A DNA stretch of 64,000 nucleotides from Vermamoeba vermiformis (taxonomy: Eukaryota), in the NCBI GenBank assembly GCA_045837725.1, contig JBEWZL010000044.1, positions 1-64,000 of the forward strand, in the 5' to 3' direction. Below the pieces are notes generated by a model that saw only the letters and a program-made list of their open reading frames with translations, had not been told where the DNA came from and made no database searches. A program made the translations under genes and the position numbers. Within the stretch, counting starts at the first letter, position 1; the number at the start of each line of letters is the position of its first letter. Positions 12,135 through 25,807 of the stretch are shown piece after piece.

Positions 12135-14993
12135 CTAATCCCTTTTAGGCAATACTAACTGTGCAAGTAGAGCAACAGATTGACCAAAGTATTGAACTAA
12201 GTTTTCAGCACACACTACAGCCAATCCAAGCTCAATTGTTTTCGGCATGTTTGTAATTCTTCTATTTGTAATGAATACGTAGACGATATTGTAGTGATCG
12301 TTGTAGCGTAGTTGAGTCATTTTCTTCTGTGTAGCCTTGAACCATTGAGAAATCTCAACCCATGGAACAGTCTCTTCACTACCTTTTTGTGAATGCTTCA
12401 TTTGCTTAACAATCATGATTGGCTTGCCCCTGTGAAACAAATTGAGTAAGTATTTTCCATCAATTTTAAAATCAGAATTATTGTACCCAGGGCTACTATA
12501 AACTGAGCGAATGTCAACAAGAGGATTGTTTGTTTTGCACTTCAAAATGCTTCCCATTAATGGAATGGTGATCTCACTGCATTCAGTGTGTGTCTAACAA
12601 AAACGCCTTAGTAATTATACTTTGTCATTGCTCTTAGCACCAATCACTTACAAAGTTGACCTCTGATGGTTTAACCAAAATAAATTGAGAGTCTTCTTCA
12701 TTAATATACTGATCAGGTGGCAGGTGCATTTCTTGGGTAAACACTCCAATGTTCTCAAACTTGGCACCACGGAGAAATTCTGCCACTTTAATCTTGTTAT
12801 GTTTGAGAATTTGCCACGATCGGACACGAACTCGCTAACCCAATCAGTTAATTAGGTGATTGCAAAAACACATTGGAAATTAAATCAAACTTACTTCTAA
12901 CTCCTGTTCAAGCATTTCAAAGTGCTGCCAAAAAAATGGCTGATTAGGAGGTGGCAGTAAGGACAATCTAATCAATGAAGTTGCTTTGACTAGTTCTTGT
13001 AACTGCCAAGGACTGAGTGTAAGTTCTTCTCCATTGTAGTATGCTAGTCCTGCTTGCTCAGCCTTTCGAACAAGTCCCTGAAGTTTGTCATTGGTTATCC
13101 CTCGCTCACCATGACCGGACAAAATTAATGACAAAAATTCCTTTGCGTGGCTTGAGGTTAGTGCATCATTAAATGACTTTGCCTGCATGCAATTGACAAT
13201 TAGCCATTATATACAGTTTGTATATAGTGTTTGTACATACTTGAATCCATAAATTCAGTGCAGCATCAATTTGATTTGCAGTTTCTTTAATCGCATCACT
13301 AATACTACTGTGATTTTGTTTGCTGACTACCTTTAAAAAGTACTCCAAACTTCGTGGAAGGGTGCCATAATAGAATAACAGTCGCCGGAAAGTTTCATAT
13401 TTAAGATACGTGAGCTGTGATTGACCACTAAAATACTTGTTGTAGATAAACTCTATTGATTCTTTTGACAGGTACTGGAGTGATGGTTCTATTCGTCCAA
13501 ATCCACTGACCTTGACTGCATCCAATATGCCAGTGGTGATGGTTCCGCAAATCACTGGTAGAATAATTTGGTTAAGTTGTGCGGCAGATGGTGTGTCTAA
13601 TGTAGTAGCTTTGTAGCTGGTGCAAATGAATGATGCTAGTGAGCCAAGTGCATCTTTGACTTTGTTTTGACCAAGTGTCAGCATCAACTGGTTGATTTCA
13701 TCCATCACAATCAGCACCATGCATTGATTGTCATGAAAATGAATTTTAACCAAATTCATCACGACATCAACTGTAAAGAATTCCAATAATGAACTAACCC
13801 ACTCTGTATCACATAGCTTTTCCATCTTTAAATAAAATCGTTCAGTTGGCATTCCTTGTAGAAGCAGTGTGCATAATAAGCGAATTCCAAGAATGGCCGA
13901 AGGTGATTTGATTTGACTATCAAGTGAGCAGAGGGTTTGTCCATTCATGAAATCAATCCAAGCTGTTCGGAATTTGCACTAAAGGAAAGTGTTATCCACA
14001 CAAACTCCTGTTAGACTAGTTACCTGGTCCGGAAGGTGAGTTTTGGCTAGTCCTTGTAACTCGCGTGCCATTCTAGTCTTACCAATTCCACTGCCGCCCA
14101 AAAGCATGAAGAACTGGTGCTTGACTTTGTCACTCTCCTTAAAATTTGTCTTTCGGGCCTCCAAGAATGTTTCAATTAGAGACAGCACTTCATCACGTTG
14201 TCTCAACGGCAGTTCATTTTGCACATTTGCAGCTCCCTCATGCACAAGAGGTTGACCTTGTGTATTCAGTGAATCATCTGTAAATAAGGCATGCGCAGTG
14301 TTGCCAATGAAGTATTTTTGCAGCCACTGATAAACTTTCTGGCACAAATCACTATGGCTGTTTGTTGATAGCCAGTCTTCGTGCAACAGATTTTGTGTTC
14401 GTTTTTTGACAGAGCTGGCCATAATTTCCTCGTAGGACATTTTTTCTATGCAGACAGTGAGTCGAAATATTTTCTTCTGGAAACATTACCTTTCTTCAGA
14501 GAAGTAGACATTTGGCTAAACGTGCTAGTGACATCTGATCATAGTTAGGAGAGTGTTGAATTCGTAATATACGTCACTTACCTGGTTCCGCGAGAGAATT
14601 CTTCATCTCAGCCCACAACTCGCGAAGCACTGGTCTTGGAATAGCTTTATCAAATTCTGAAAGCAAGTAATCTTCGCCTTTTGATACATAAACTAGAAGG
14701 AGTTCCCCGTTCACTTCAGCCGTAATTAATGCTGCTGCATCCTCGTCGTCAAACCTCAAGAGTTTTCGCGCCCACGCAGCTACCTGCATTCTAGGCCAGT
14801 CAGGCGTTGGAAGAGTATCTTGATTGATATTGTCGCGTGCCCAATCGTCCAGGGATTTCCAGAAATTCGTCCATTCTGGCGCGTCTTCAGAGGATTTTTG
14901 CAGACCTTTCCAGATACGCTCCAAGGAGTCCCAATCCGTCTCCTTAGTTGTCTCTGTAGTTACCAATGCCGGTATTGCGGAATAGTCCGTCAT
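12135..14993 (-). CDS. Crinkler-like effector: SAM-like header + P-loop NTPase + C-terminal PD-(D/E)xK (REase)-like domain
   Basis: Header DWPRMQVAAWARK..LITAEVNGELLL, Walker A GGSGIGKT, Walker B LIVMDE, GTLPRSLE, and C-terminal NNPLVD...IVKQMKHS...VYVFITNR. Exons are joined by GT-AG introns. Confidence 0.7.
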
Positions 14994-15780
14994 GTGGCTG
15001 TAGCAAGAAAGACGTTAATTACACTGAAGGTTCGGATTAATAATTATCGTTCAGCCATTGATTATATTTACAAATTAAAGCTAGTATTTTTTCAAGTATA
15101 GATAGAAAAATATTCGAATTCAAATTTTTGATCTCGATCAAATTTTACGGAAAAGCCGTATCTGATTCCTTACTATTTCGAAACATAATTACTTATTTGC
15201 GGCAAGATGGGATTTAATTTAGACAAAGAGAGTCGGATTCAATTTAGCCTAACTTGGGCTATTCGCCATTTGATCAAGTAGTTACCTTGGTTATTTTTCT
15301 CCATTAATTGCGCTCAAGTTCGTCTTGTAAATGAATAATTCACGTTATTGATTTGTCCCGTCACGAAGAACAAACTACCCGTTTGCAAACAATAGCGATA
15401 CGCTTATGATTATTATTTTAAATAGCAACTACGGTGAGACTCAACGATCTGTTTAAAATTCATATGGCCGTTTTTTTGGGCCATATTATTATCTACTATA
15501 GTTATCGCGCGTTACATGACTTAAATAATAACAATTATATTGAATTTTTGGTCCTGTTTGAAACGCTACTTCACCGAACTTCTTCGAAATAATAGTCAAA
15601 TCTGCTTTCTGTGTACCGTTTCATCGTTTTGCTCGCTGTACGATTAATTTTACTATTTTCCACTATTTTTTATAATATTCTTCTTTGAATACACGCGCTC
15701 AAAAAAACATTTAAATACGCACTGCATCCAACTCTTTCCATTCATCAACAACACAACCAATCAACCAACACAAAACAACA

Positions 15781-16379
15781 ATGGTAAATTAAATATTTAT
15801 TATTGCTTATCTGTAGTAGTTACTAACTTGGTAAACAGAGCAACCTTTCTGGAGCTAAAATGCATCCGCGAGTTTGAAGAGTTTAAACTTCGAGGCAAAT
15901 ATGGTTACATTATGTACAAGCTCGATATGACCACCATGAACATTACCATCGACAAGACTGGTGTCCCTGGTACTTCCTACGAACAAGTAAATACCCTCTG
16001 GATTCGCTGGTTTCGTGCGGTTGTCTAACCAAGCCTTTGTTTAGTTTTTGGCTGATTTGCCTCAAGATGAAGCCAGATACGCAGTTAAGCATATTGGATA
16101 CACTACTGAAGACGGAGGTCAACGCACCAAGCTCGTTTTTGTGACCTGGATCCCGCGTGACTCCTCGGTCAAAACGAAGATGTTGCACGCTTCCAGCCTT
16201 GCGCCATTGAAACAAGCATTGAACGGCATTGCTATCACGTTGCAGGGCCACACTCTTGCTGATCTTCAGCTCGACGACGTAAGTACTTGGATCTCCTGCT
16301 CGTTTTGTAACACTCAAACTCGATCTGACCATTCATTCTTTTACAGTTGGTTCTTAGATGCCGCGAGAAGTTCCGTTAA
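15781..16379 (+). CDS. ADF/cofilin (actophorin-like), with an apparent frameshift near the N-terminus
   Basis: ATG is followed immediately by an intron, as is typical of cofilins. Motifs: CIREFEEFKLRGKYGYIMYKL, LPQDEARYAV, KLVFVTWIPRDSSVKTKMLHASS, LKQALNGI. Confidence 0.88.
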
Positions 16380-16569
16380 TAACATCAACATTAAGACTAC
16401 CATATAGTTGTAAATAGCTAGTCATATTCAATTTCTATTCTATAATGCAAATACCTTAATAAATCGAAACTTCATTTCAAAACGATCGTCTGGATCTAAA
16501 TTTTGTTTTATTATTATAACAGTAAATACAAAGTTAGGAGGTAATTATATACGCACCCGAAATATTATT

Positions 16570-19500
16570 CTAGTGTTCTTCAAGGGAGGCTTCGTCCTCA
16601 TTAGTCTCCTCTCTCGTTCGTGGCTCATCGAGTACAGGCTCTTCAATGCCATAACAGTCTTTGACGAACGTTGTGTACCACTTGGGAGGTGTCACGTGTG
16701 CGTCAATGACTCTCGGGAAAAAGAATTGCTTGGCTTTGAAGTGCGAGATCCGGTCATGAAGTTCAATATTGTCGTGCGATGAGAAGGCGTAGTAACATAT
16801 CATTAAGAATATGTACGTATCTTCCAACGGCCAGCCAAGCTGTTCCAATAAATTATCGAGAATTCCGAGATTTGTTTCTCTTTTTTTCGGCTTTGTTTGT
16901 TTCATCTCCGAGCTGTTCTTATGCACGTAAATCTCGTAATGAAGCTGCGGTGGAGTTTCAGTTAATTTTCCGGGCCAGATAAGCAATCCAGCATTCTTCT
17001 TAATACGGTTCATAAATCCGTCGTCGCCCCAAGTACTTTGGACTGCAAATTCAACGTCGCCAACGACAATTTGCATCGATTTGTTACCATTCATTCGTTG
17101 TGCTCTATTTATTGCACCATAAAGCTGCAAAAATCGACTACGTCTGGTTTCATCTTGCAAAAATAGCGTCCATCGCCATAAATCTTTGTCAGGGAACAAT
17201 ACTCGAACCTCTTCAGGCAATATCGCTAATTTTTTCGCCAACTCTTCGTTTTTCAACGAGCTGTCGATGGTATCAACACATGCGTACTTTAACGGTAAGA
17301 CTGTCGGGAAATTCATTTGCGCGATAGCATTGGCCATGGTAATCGTTGTTTCCTCTGTATTATTCCACTCCAACGGAAATTTCCCTCCTATCGTAAAAAA
17401 AGATACGCTTCAATAAACGATAGCCAAAATAAGTTTGGAATAAAAAGTACCTCTTTTGGCCAACAAATGAACCACATCCGTCCACCCAGCAAGCACAACG
17501 GTGTGACACAATGTATTCACGTGGTGTACAGTTGCCAAGTTAAAGTCAAACTTTTTCAACACAACGTCAACGATTGGACGGCAGCGAGTCATGACCGCAA
17601 TAGCGACATGTTCAAACGAAATTTTCACACCTGAACGTCAACATAGTTAGGCACCTAGTTGATATTATAAACATAATTAAGTCGTACCGAGATCCAGTAA
17701 GTGCAGTGCCACTTCAACCCAACAATGCTTCAAAGCTGCCTCGAACATTACGTCTTTATTACCGGCTCCTAAAAAAAATATTCAGCCATTATAATAATTG
17801 CGTTGCTAATGTTTATTCGGAGTAAGTACGTACCTTTGTCAACAAAGTATTGCACCACTTTGACCGCATCCGCTTCATTGTGATCTTCTTCGCCAGCCTG
17901 ATTCGATAAGTACCCAACTACAGCTGCTGACAATAACTTGGAAATTTCGTGGCACTTAGTGACTTCATTCCACGCCTTAGTGTTGGCAATTAAGGCTTTA
18001 AATGCCGCGACTAATTCTTTCGCTGGGAGTTGACACAATTTTTCAACGCCAGTCTGATCTTTCTTGTTTTTGACGGAATAATTCCACGGCAATTCCCAGA
18101 ATAATTTCCAATCAAAATATTTGGCATCTTTTTGACGCAAATGTAACAGCGCTATGTTATGCAAGGGAGTGTTGCCGAAGATATTTTGTACATTTAGAAG
18201 CTTTGGATGGGCTTTCGCAATGGCCACAAATACGTCTAAGAATTGATTAAAGACGGATAAATGCGCCACAGTGTTGCCGAGCGGATCTAACGTTTGAATT
18301 GGATCGACTTTGCTGTGGGACTGAAACCTCTTTAGACTTCCCCAACGTGCATCAGCGAAATATTTATGCTTTTCTTTAAGAGCCTTAATTTCACTAGAAT
18401 TAAACGCATTAATATCAAAATGATGCGCCTCAACGAATCTGATCGACTTACGGATTCGAAAATTCTTTCGTAATGGCACTAGCGAGCTGAGAAATCGCAT
18501 TGAATTTTGCATTATTTGTGTTATCGCTCGGAATAATAGCAGTAGCCCTATTATTATAATTAATACTAACGGACAGAATTTTTGAGTACGTTACACTGAT
18601 CCGATCCATTTGCCAACAGTATTCATAATATCGTCGGGAATTTGTGCAGCATTTTCTTTTTCATATCGAAGGATCATATATCGCTCCGAACTATCGACTT
18701 TAACGGAGTACAAAAAGTTCTAAAGTAATTTGTTAGATGCGAGAGCAATTTTTAAATTAAATTTAAGGTCTAAAATTAAACTTTATTACTTACGGTGTCA
18801 AATACGCCTCCAAATTCATTTTCGTCGAAAGAAGCTACCTGCAGCACTTCACCTAGGTTATGACCAACTTCTGGCTTAAAGATCCACGCATCCTCGTGCT
18901 TTTGCAAGAACGATTGTTCAACGGCCAGGCATATGCTTTCGGATCTAACATTAAGTTGAACCTCTAAATAAAGACTGTTAAATTTAAAGTTCAAATCCAA
19001 AAAAAATTAAAATTACCGTACAATGGGGGTTAACTTCCGCCAAAAATTATTAGAGTTATTCCCAAAAACTTGCTGAATCATTTAGTGCCTACGGCGTAGT
19101 CACTCAACATTTTCATTCACTCTTTATTATATCATAGCTAAACACACTCTGGAGGTTACGTTAGTAGCCTCTCTTTAAAATTTGTTGACCGAGAGAAGTC
19201 AATATTTTGCTCGAGATCTACCCTTCGATCTCGGTACTGGCGATCACAGAGGTTGCAACTTATGGAGATGCCATTGCCATATATGTATGAAGCACTGTGT
19301 CTTTGATATATTCATATATGTATAGTAATTGGTTGTAGCAGTCTCAGCCACAATTCCAGGTTGAGATCGGACAAATCCGCACAACATTTTTGTTCGTTAT
19401 CACATTTAAATTGGTAGAAATAATGTATAATTTAATGCTTATGACCAAAAAGATATATAGTGTCATATGTAATAGTCATTTGCTCCTTGATATGCAGATC

Positions 19501-20048
19501 AAGTCCGATCAGAAGGACATCCCCGATCTATGTTGGACTCGCAATTTGATCGGATAATTGACAGTAAAATATGGGCACCCTATTTTGTAATAACCATTCA
19601 AGATAATATCTTGTGTAAAGTCCTCATTGTAGTAACAATATTCGATAATTCAAGTCAATTACTGCACCTGTTACAAACTAAAATATCACAATTGTAAGCA
19701 TATAAAATTAATTAATGACTACTCTATACCCCTCTGTATTAATACAAATGGAATTAGAGTAGTCCCTTCGCCGTACTAAGTAAATTAAAAAAATTCGTGG
19801 GAATAACGCTAACAAAATTTGGTGGGAGTTAACCCCCATTAATAATAAAAATCGGGATTCTAGAATTAATTATTACCTTTGTCTCTATAACGAGTGGTTA
19901 ATACATTTCTGGCGTTAGTCTCCGTCAACAAGCTATCCACGTAGATGCCGCTAAAGCAGATCGAATTGCCTTTGGGTGCATTAATTTCCTTCGCTTGAAA
20001 ACCGTATGGATTTTCTTCTACTTTACAAGTAGACTCGCGTTGACCCAT
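16570..20048 (-). CDS. Ankyrin-repeat protein with an N-terminal myristoylation-like motif (multi-exon)
   Basis: In-phase splicing joins MGQRES..RDK|EVQLNV..FDT|NFLYS..WIGSV|ATAIIP..FSNP|EIKALK. Ankyrin motifs DPLGNTVAHL and NIFGNTPLHNIA. Intron 1 contains the MITE. Confidence 0.7.
19022..19840. mobile_element. Non-autonomous DNA transposon (MITE-like, about 820 bp) with about 45-bp imperfect TIRs
   Basis: The left end AATGGGGGTTAACTTCCGCCAAAAATTATTAGAGTTATTCCCA nearly matches the reverse complement of the right end TGGGAATAACGCTAACAAAATTTGGTGGGAGTTAACCCCCATT. The interior has no ORF. The TSD is not resolved. Confidence 0.8.
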
Positions 20049-20708
20049 CGCGTTCTTGTTGTGTGGTCAACTGAAAGCTATTTTGGGAGTTAAATAAAAT
20101 TTGCGCAGTTTCAGATAAATTCCTTTCAAACTAAAGGATATCTATTATATGCAAGTGGTTAGTATATTTGTAGGAGTTAAAAACCTTATTGGTCTTTTTT
20201 ATGGCCTTCGGTCGATAATAAACCTAAAACTTCAAGGATAATTATCAGGAAGAATAAAATCAAAGCTTATTAATAAACGTTGGTAATATAGTAGGTAATA
20301 TTATAATATGCAGGCGGAACCAAAGTAGTATTGACTAGAATTGAAAAAAGATCTGACATCCGCCCAGATGAACGCAAAAAATAATTTAACACGAGTAATA
20401 TAAGTGATAATAATTATGCAGAATTATGGGTATTAATAAATCGAAACTTAACTGATTCAGCAACATACGGACGACGAATAGATTAGCTCAACTGAGTAGC
20501 ATGCTCTCAGCAGCCACTCGACAAGCGAATTGTATAAATCTCCTATTATAACTCTCCGAGAGTTATAATGTTGTGTTCCGTGGTCAGCGGGTTAGAATAA
20601 AAAAAAAGAGATTTTTTTGGATCTTATTTTAACGTTACGAAAAAGCGTGCGAACAGAAAACTGTTAGTGCGATATAATTATTATTGTATATTATTATAGT
20701 GTATAAAT

Positions 20709-23319
20709 ATGTTGAAGTTATTTGCCTGGGGAAAATCAACAGATGGGCAAACTGGCCTCGATAAAACAGGAGTACGTTGGGATTAAATTTCGTCAATTTA
20801 ATATTAGTAATTAAATATACCCATATTAGTGCTTATTGCAGCATTTATTTGCTTTATCAAATACGAGATTTTTAAATTGAATCCGTTGCACCAAAATTTA
20901 AAATATCTTGTTGGCCAATTTAACAGCAAATATCGTGCCAAAATAATCTAAAATTAAATATTAGGACCATCAATGGCCAAAAACAGTTGAAGTTACAGGA
21001 GATGTGACTTTTCGAATGATCTCTGCTGGAGCCCATCACAGTTTAGGAGTTACAAGTACGTACGAACATATTAATTTATAATAATACTTAATAATCCTTT
21101 TTGCAGCTCACGGCGAGATCTACAGCTGGGGCAGCGGTCCAACGGTAAATTTTATACCTAACAATTAAAAATCGATTATGACAGCTAATTAACGTTATTT
21201 TAAATAGGGCGAGTTAGGTCATGGCTATAAATTAACACAAGAAACTCCTACAAAAATTACAAAATTGCCAGAGCCGAAATTATACTTCAAATCCGTCGCA
21301 GCAGGCCATAGGCATTCCTTAGCTCTTACAGGTATGAAAATAGTATACAATAAGCTATTTGATGGTATTGGAGCTAAAGATATATCTCTATCGTATTCTA
21401 TAAATGAGTTTTCGTCGATCCGGATCGTGCTAGATGAGCTAAGTGGCCATATGAATTTATGATTAGTATTAACTCGGCCGCGGAGATATGTTAGTACGTA
21501 TTATCTAACGGGACCTTGCAGACGATGGTCAGCTTTACGCGTGGGGCAACAATCAGTTTGGCCAATTGGGCCTCGGTCACATGAAGCCTGTGGATAGACC
21601 AGAAAAAATCAACATTGAATACAAAGGCATTCTCAAGTTCATCGACATTGCTGCTGGTGCTGATCACTCATTAGCTCTTAGTGGTACGTCTCATTATCCT
21701 TATTCAAAGCTGCAGTATTGACTCTAAGGCCGGTTTTGACTCGTGCCACATCCATAGCGACTAAGAGGAGTACAGTCTCACTAATAGTATAATATTATAG
21801 ATAAAGGAGAGATATGGAGTTGGGGTGCTAATTCATCTGGTCAATTAGGTCATGGCGATAATGTAAGTTCACATCTGATCCCACGTACCTCGTGGGATCC
21901 CCGGAAGACGAAACAAATGAGACTGATCGAGTCCCTTTCCTATTACAGAAAAATTTGCTCGTTCCCAAAGTGATTGATATGGGCAACACTGATGGACCCA
22001 ACGATGTTTATTTTAACAAAATTTCCGCTGGCGAATATGTTTCTGGAGCGTTATCCAGTAAGTCCCTTATTAAGCAATTTTTATTTTAATGTTAAATTAT
22101 TTAATCCACGTGCTGATTCGCGTTACAGGCAAGGGAAAAGTGTTCACGTGGGGTTCGGGAAGTCATGGCAGATTAGGTCATGGAGATCGCGCGAATCAAT
22201 TGAAACCAAAACTCGTCGAGTTCTTCGAGGCTGAAAATATGTCTATGCAATCTATTTCTGTTGCTTACAACCACTCAGCCGCCTTAAATGGTAATTCAAG
22301 CGGAATTCTTGCAACGATAGAAAACTTTTTTAATATCATCCACGGAGTTGCAAAACCAGCGAAACCAATGATTATATATTAACCTCTTTCTTAAATGTAG
22401 CCTCTGGTTTGCTATACATGTGGGGAGCAGCTCTGCACGGAGAACTCGCTGGTAATGACCCGATCCATCGATATCGATCATTGAAGCCTACGTTGGTCAA
22501 TACACCCGGCGCAGTTACTTTTAAGACCGTTCAAGTTGGTTTCGAGTTCGCTGTTGCTACTACTTGTAAGATTTGTTTAGTTATCTATTGTCGGCCTCAA
22601 ATCCGAATCTGACATATTGCTATAATTAGACGACGGTCAGTTATATACCTGGGGCGACTGTGGCCATGGTCGTCTCGGAAACAACTACAACGAGGGCTTT
22701 GTCATCACTCCTACTCGCTTGGACACGCGCATTAATGTCAAGTATGAAAAATATTACTATTTTTAGAACTTTACCTTAAATGCAACACAGCAATTATTAT
22801 TATGGTTATTCCAATTGAAATTTATGTCTTTTATTAGCTATGGGTAATTTCCGAGATATAGCACCTGATTGTTTATTTTTTCCAAATAGGGAGATTTCTG
22901 TTGGCCGCGATCATGTGATTGTTTTGGCAACTGGATCTGAAGTGCCCATATTCAATGCTCCAGCACCATTGATCGTGTCACGTAAGCGAGACAAGGCTAT
23001 TATTGCCGAAACACCTCGCGCTGCAGCGGAAAACTCTCCTCGACAATCTCCTGTCTCCGAGATAACGAATCACGTGACCAATGAAGCTGAAAGTGACAAC
23101 AACGGTGCCGCCTCGCATCAAGAAATCGAATCAAGTCATGCCGCAGCTGAGCACGTCGATGTAAGTAACTTTTTATTAGTGGATTGCTTCTTGGGTGTGG
23201 ATTCGGTTATTACTTAATTTCGATCGAAATGCTCATGGATACTATTTTAGGCATCTGAAACATCTGAACGCGATGAAGCTACTGCAGTGCCCGCTGAAGA
23301 CGAAACCGTTGCCGAGTAA
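20709..23319 (+). CDS. RCC1-repeat (BLIP-II-like beta-propeller) protein with an acidic low-complexity tail
   Basis: Repeated RCC1 blades: [76 protein letters not shown]. Confidence 0.92.
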
Positions 23320-23956
23320 TGAGCGCGTCGATCCGGAACACGAATGGCCACGTAGCGTTATATCGCATAATGTATTAATATGAAGCAGTAAATCAATTTT
23401 AGGTACGTCCATTTATGTTTGTGTTCCATGCACAATTAATTGACCAGTATTTGCTGTGTTTTGGAACGGTTTTAAAAATCCAGTCACAATTTACTAAAAG
23501 CATTGCATCATGAATATTTATCTAATTAACAATAATCGTACGTTCGCGACATTAAATTGACGCCGTAAATGACGTCATTAGTAAATTTACCTTCGCAATA
23601 TCTCCGCCCGTTCTGTAAATAGTGTCGCGCTTTCCTTGGATTTCATCTATCAAATTTCCTTCTTTGAAGCGTTAGAATACAGTCGTTAGGCGAAACAAAT
23701 TAATTTTCTATCGAATAGCAGCACAGATAAATAACTTTTGGCTCGTGGATTGCAATTTCAGTCGTTGGATAATAAATTTTGGAAACCGCGTGGACTACTA
23801 AACGCTGTAAGTACAATGTCAATCAAATTGATGTATCTGTGGTGTATAGCGTCACGTCGGTATCTTAAATACGAATTTATCTGAATGCAATACACAACAA
23901 GAAATGCCAACTTCTAAATATGGAAAAAGTTGAGTTTATGAACACAGAATCTCCAA

Positions 23957-24873
23957 TTAATCGGCGAGTTGCTGCTGTGTTGTAAGCGAACGTCCGCGAT
24001 CTCTGTCGATCATTCGCATCTCTTTAATATGATTCCTTTGGTCGGATCTTCCGTCTCGTGTTGGTATGTTCACGAAGCACAAGGTAAATGCCAATTTTAG
24101 GTAATCGAACGAAATAGGTTGTTGCGATATCTAATATTTACATTTACTTACAATTTTGGAGGTGCGTAATAAGCAGATCCAGTTATTTTTTCGATTGCCT
24201 TACGTTAAAAATTTCATTGAGACTGAAACTGCTCCAATGATCCGGCGCATCATCATCTGAAGGTTCGCTAGACTCTATGCTTGATTCTTCCTCTTTGTCA
24301 TCGCTAATCGGAGGCTCGGAGCGTGAATTAAATTCTTCTTCGTCCTCACTTGAAGTTGAAGGCGCTTCAAAGTCGTCAAAATTGTTTACAACTTCCTTGA
24401 TTTTCTCTTCTAATTTGAGCCACCCACGTATTTTTTTTCTACCATTTAAATAGTGGCTAAGCTTGGTTTGACTGAAATGTAAAACTTGTCAATCCAATTA
24501 TCCCGCGTAAAATCGAATACACGCAGTGTTAGGGAACAATTAATATTACCTTATGCACAGAATTCTTGCTGCTTCGCGTTGATTTAGTTCATTGTCACCC
24601 ATCCATCCTTTCACCTTCGAAAGAGTCTTCGGATTCGGAGTCAGTCGTTTACTAGCGAACAAATTCATGTAGGCGTCATCCTTAGAAGAATTTTTGACTC
24701 TCTGTTTTGCTTTTATCGCTAATCTGAGTCTATCTACACTGTTTGACGATTCTATGCTACTAATAAATCAACATTAAAATTTTGTGCGTGGAGTGAGGCC
24801 CACGAAGATACAATCGACCTCGCAAATCATACCTTGTTGAATTAGGCTCTATATTAAAGGGCCCTGTGCTCAT
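23957..24873 (-). CDS. Small helix-turn-helix (Cro/C1-XRE-like) protein with an acidic tail; absent from the ORF track
   Basis: Spliced in phase: MSTGPF..ST|SSIESS..KVKGWMGDNELNQREAARILCI|SQTKLSHYLNGRKKIRGWLKLEEKIKE..SSEDEEE. The last exon and stop are uncertain. Confidence 0.65.
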
Positions 24874-25807
24874 TAGAAGCATCCAAACGTACGTTGAGAG
24901 ACGCGATCTACTTGGTGGCCCAACGTGCACGAAGACGTTGGGAGTGTGAAGTCTTTAAACTAGGGATAAGTGTTTTACTGCGCGTCCTTCACGAACAAAA
25001 TAAAATAAATTGACAAAATAAGAAACGTGCAGCGAGACGGAGATCCAGAGCGAATCACACTATTAGCAAAAAATAGCCGAGACACGTGACAATTTCCCTG
25101 GTGAAAGCGAAACGAGCAAATTGTGCAACGTAATCGGGGGCACTTTTCGGCTGGCACAATAGTATTTCGGAGGAACGGCAGCAAAATGGCCAAAAATAGA
25201 AAGGATCCGTATTGCGCATTCTGGATCTTTAATTGTAAACTTACCACAGCCAAAAGCTCGCTTTACGAATAATTCTAGAGAATTGCCTCGGTCGTGCTAC
25301 CTTCTTGAATTGAATTACAGCGACTACGTCGTGGTCGAGACTGCTGGAAGGGAGTCAAAGCTCGGATTGAACAATTGAATGTTAATCGCTGCGAGTTGCA
25401 TGTTTATCAAGTAATTCATACTATGTCCTAAAAAGGTAATGCTGTTACTGCGGATCAGTAGTTCCCGCGAAGATTTCGCGCGTCAAGAACGTTCGTCTGG
25501 GCGTCAAAGGACGTTGTGGAGCCGGCAATGTCTTCCCTTGCAAACGCGTTGCTATCAGCGAGATTTTGTTCGATTCTAACAAAAGAAACTCGATCAGATC
25601 TAAATCCTCTCAATGAGGATTATTATTGTTCCGATACCGTCAAAAAAGACAACTTTTTAAGTATATCGGGCTTGTCTTTCGATCGAAGCAAATTGGATCT
25701 GGACGAGGTCTGAAAATACCTAAAAACAGTCAAAATTGTAAATTTATTTGACACGCTGACCGCAATTAAACTTATAAATAAATAAATATACGTTAGATGG
25801 TGGCAAT

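Noticed and set aside
18548-18600. Apparent stop splitting the ankyrin gene in two, with a separate start at 18512
   Set aside because: A GTAACG donor splices in phase to the ATAIIP exon, whose reading frame is independently supported by the paralogous exon at 37360.
24975-25713. Short ORFs between the HTH gene and the CH-PH gene
   Set aside because: They have no motifs or consistent splice pattern and are probably promoter or UTR sequence.
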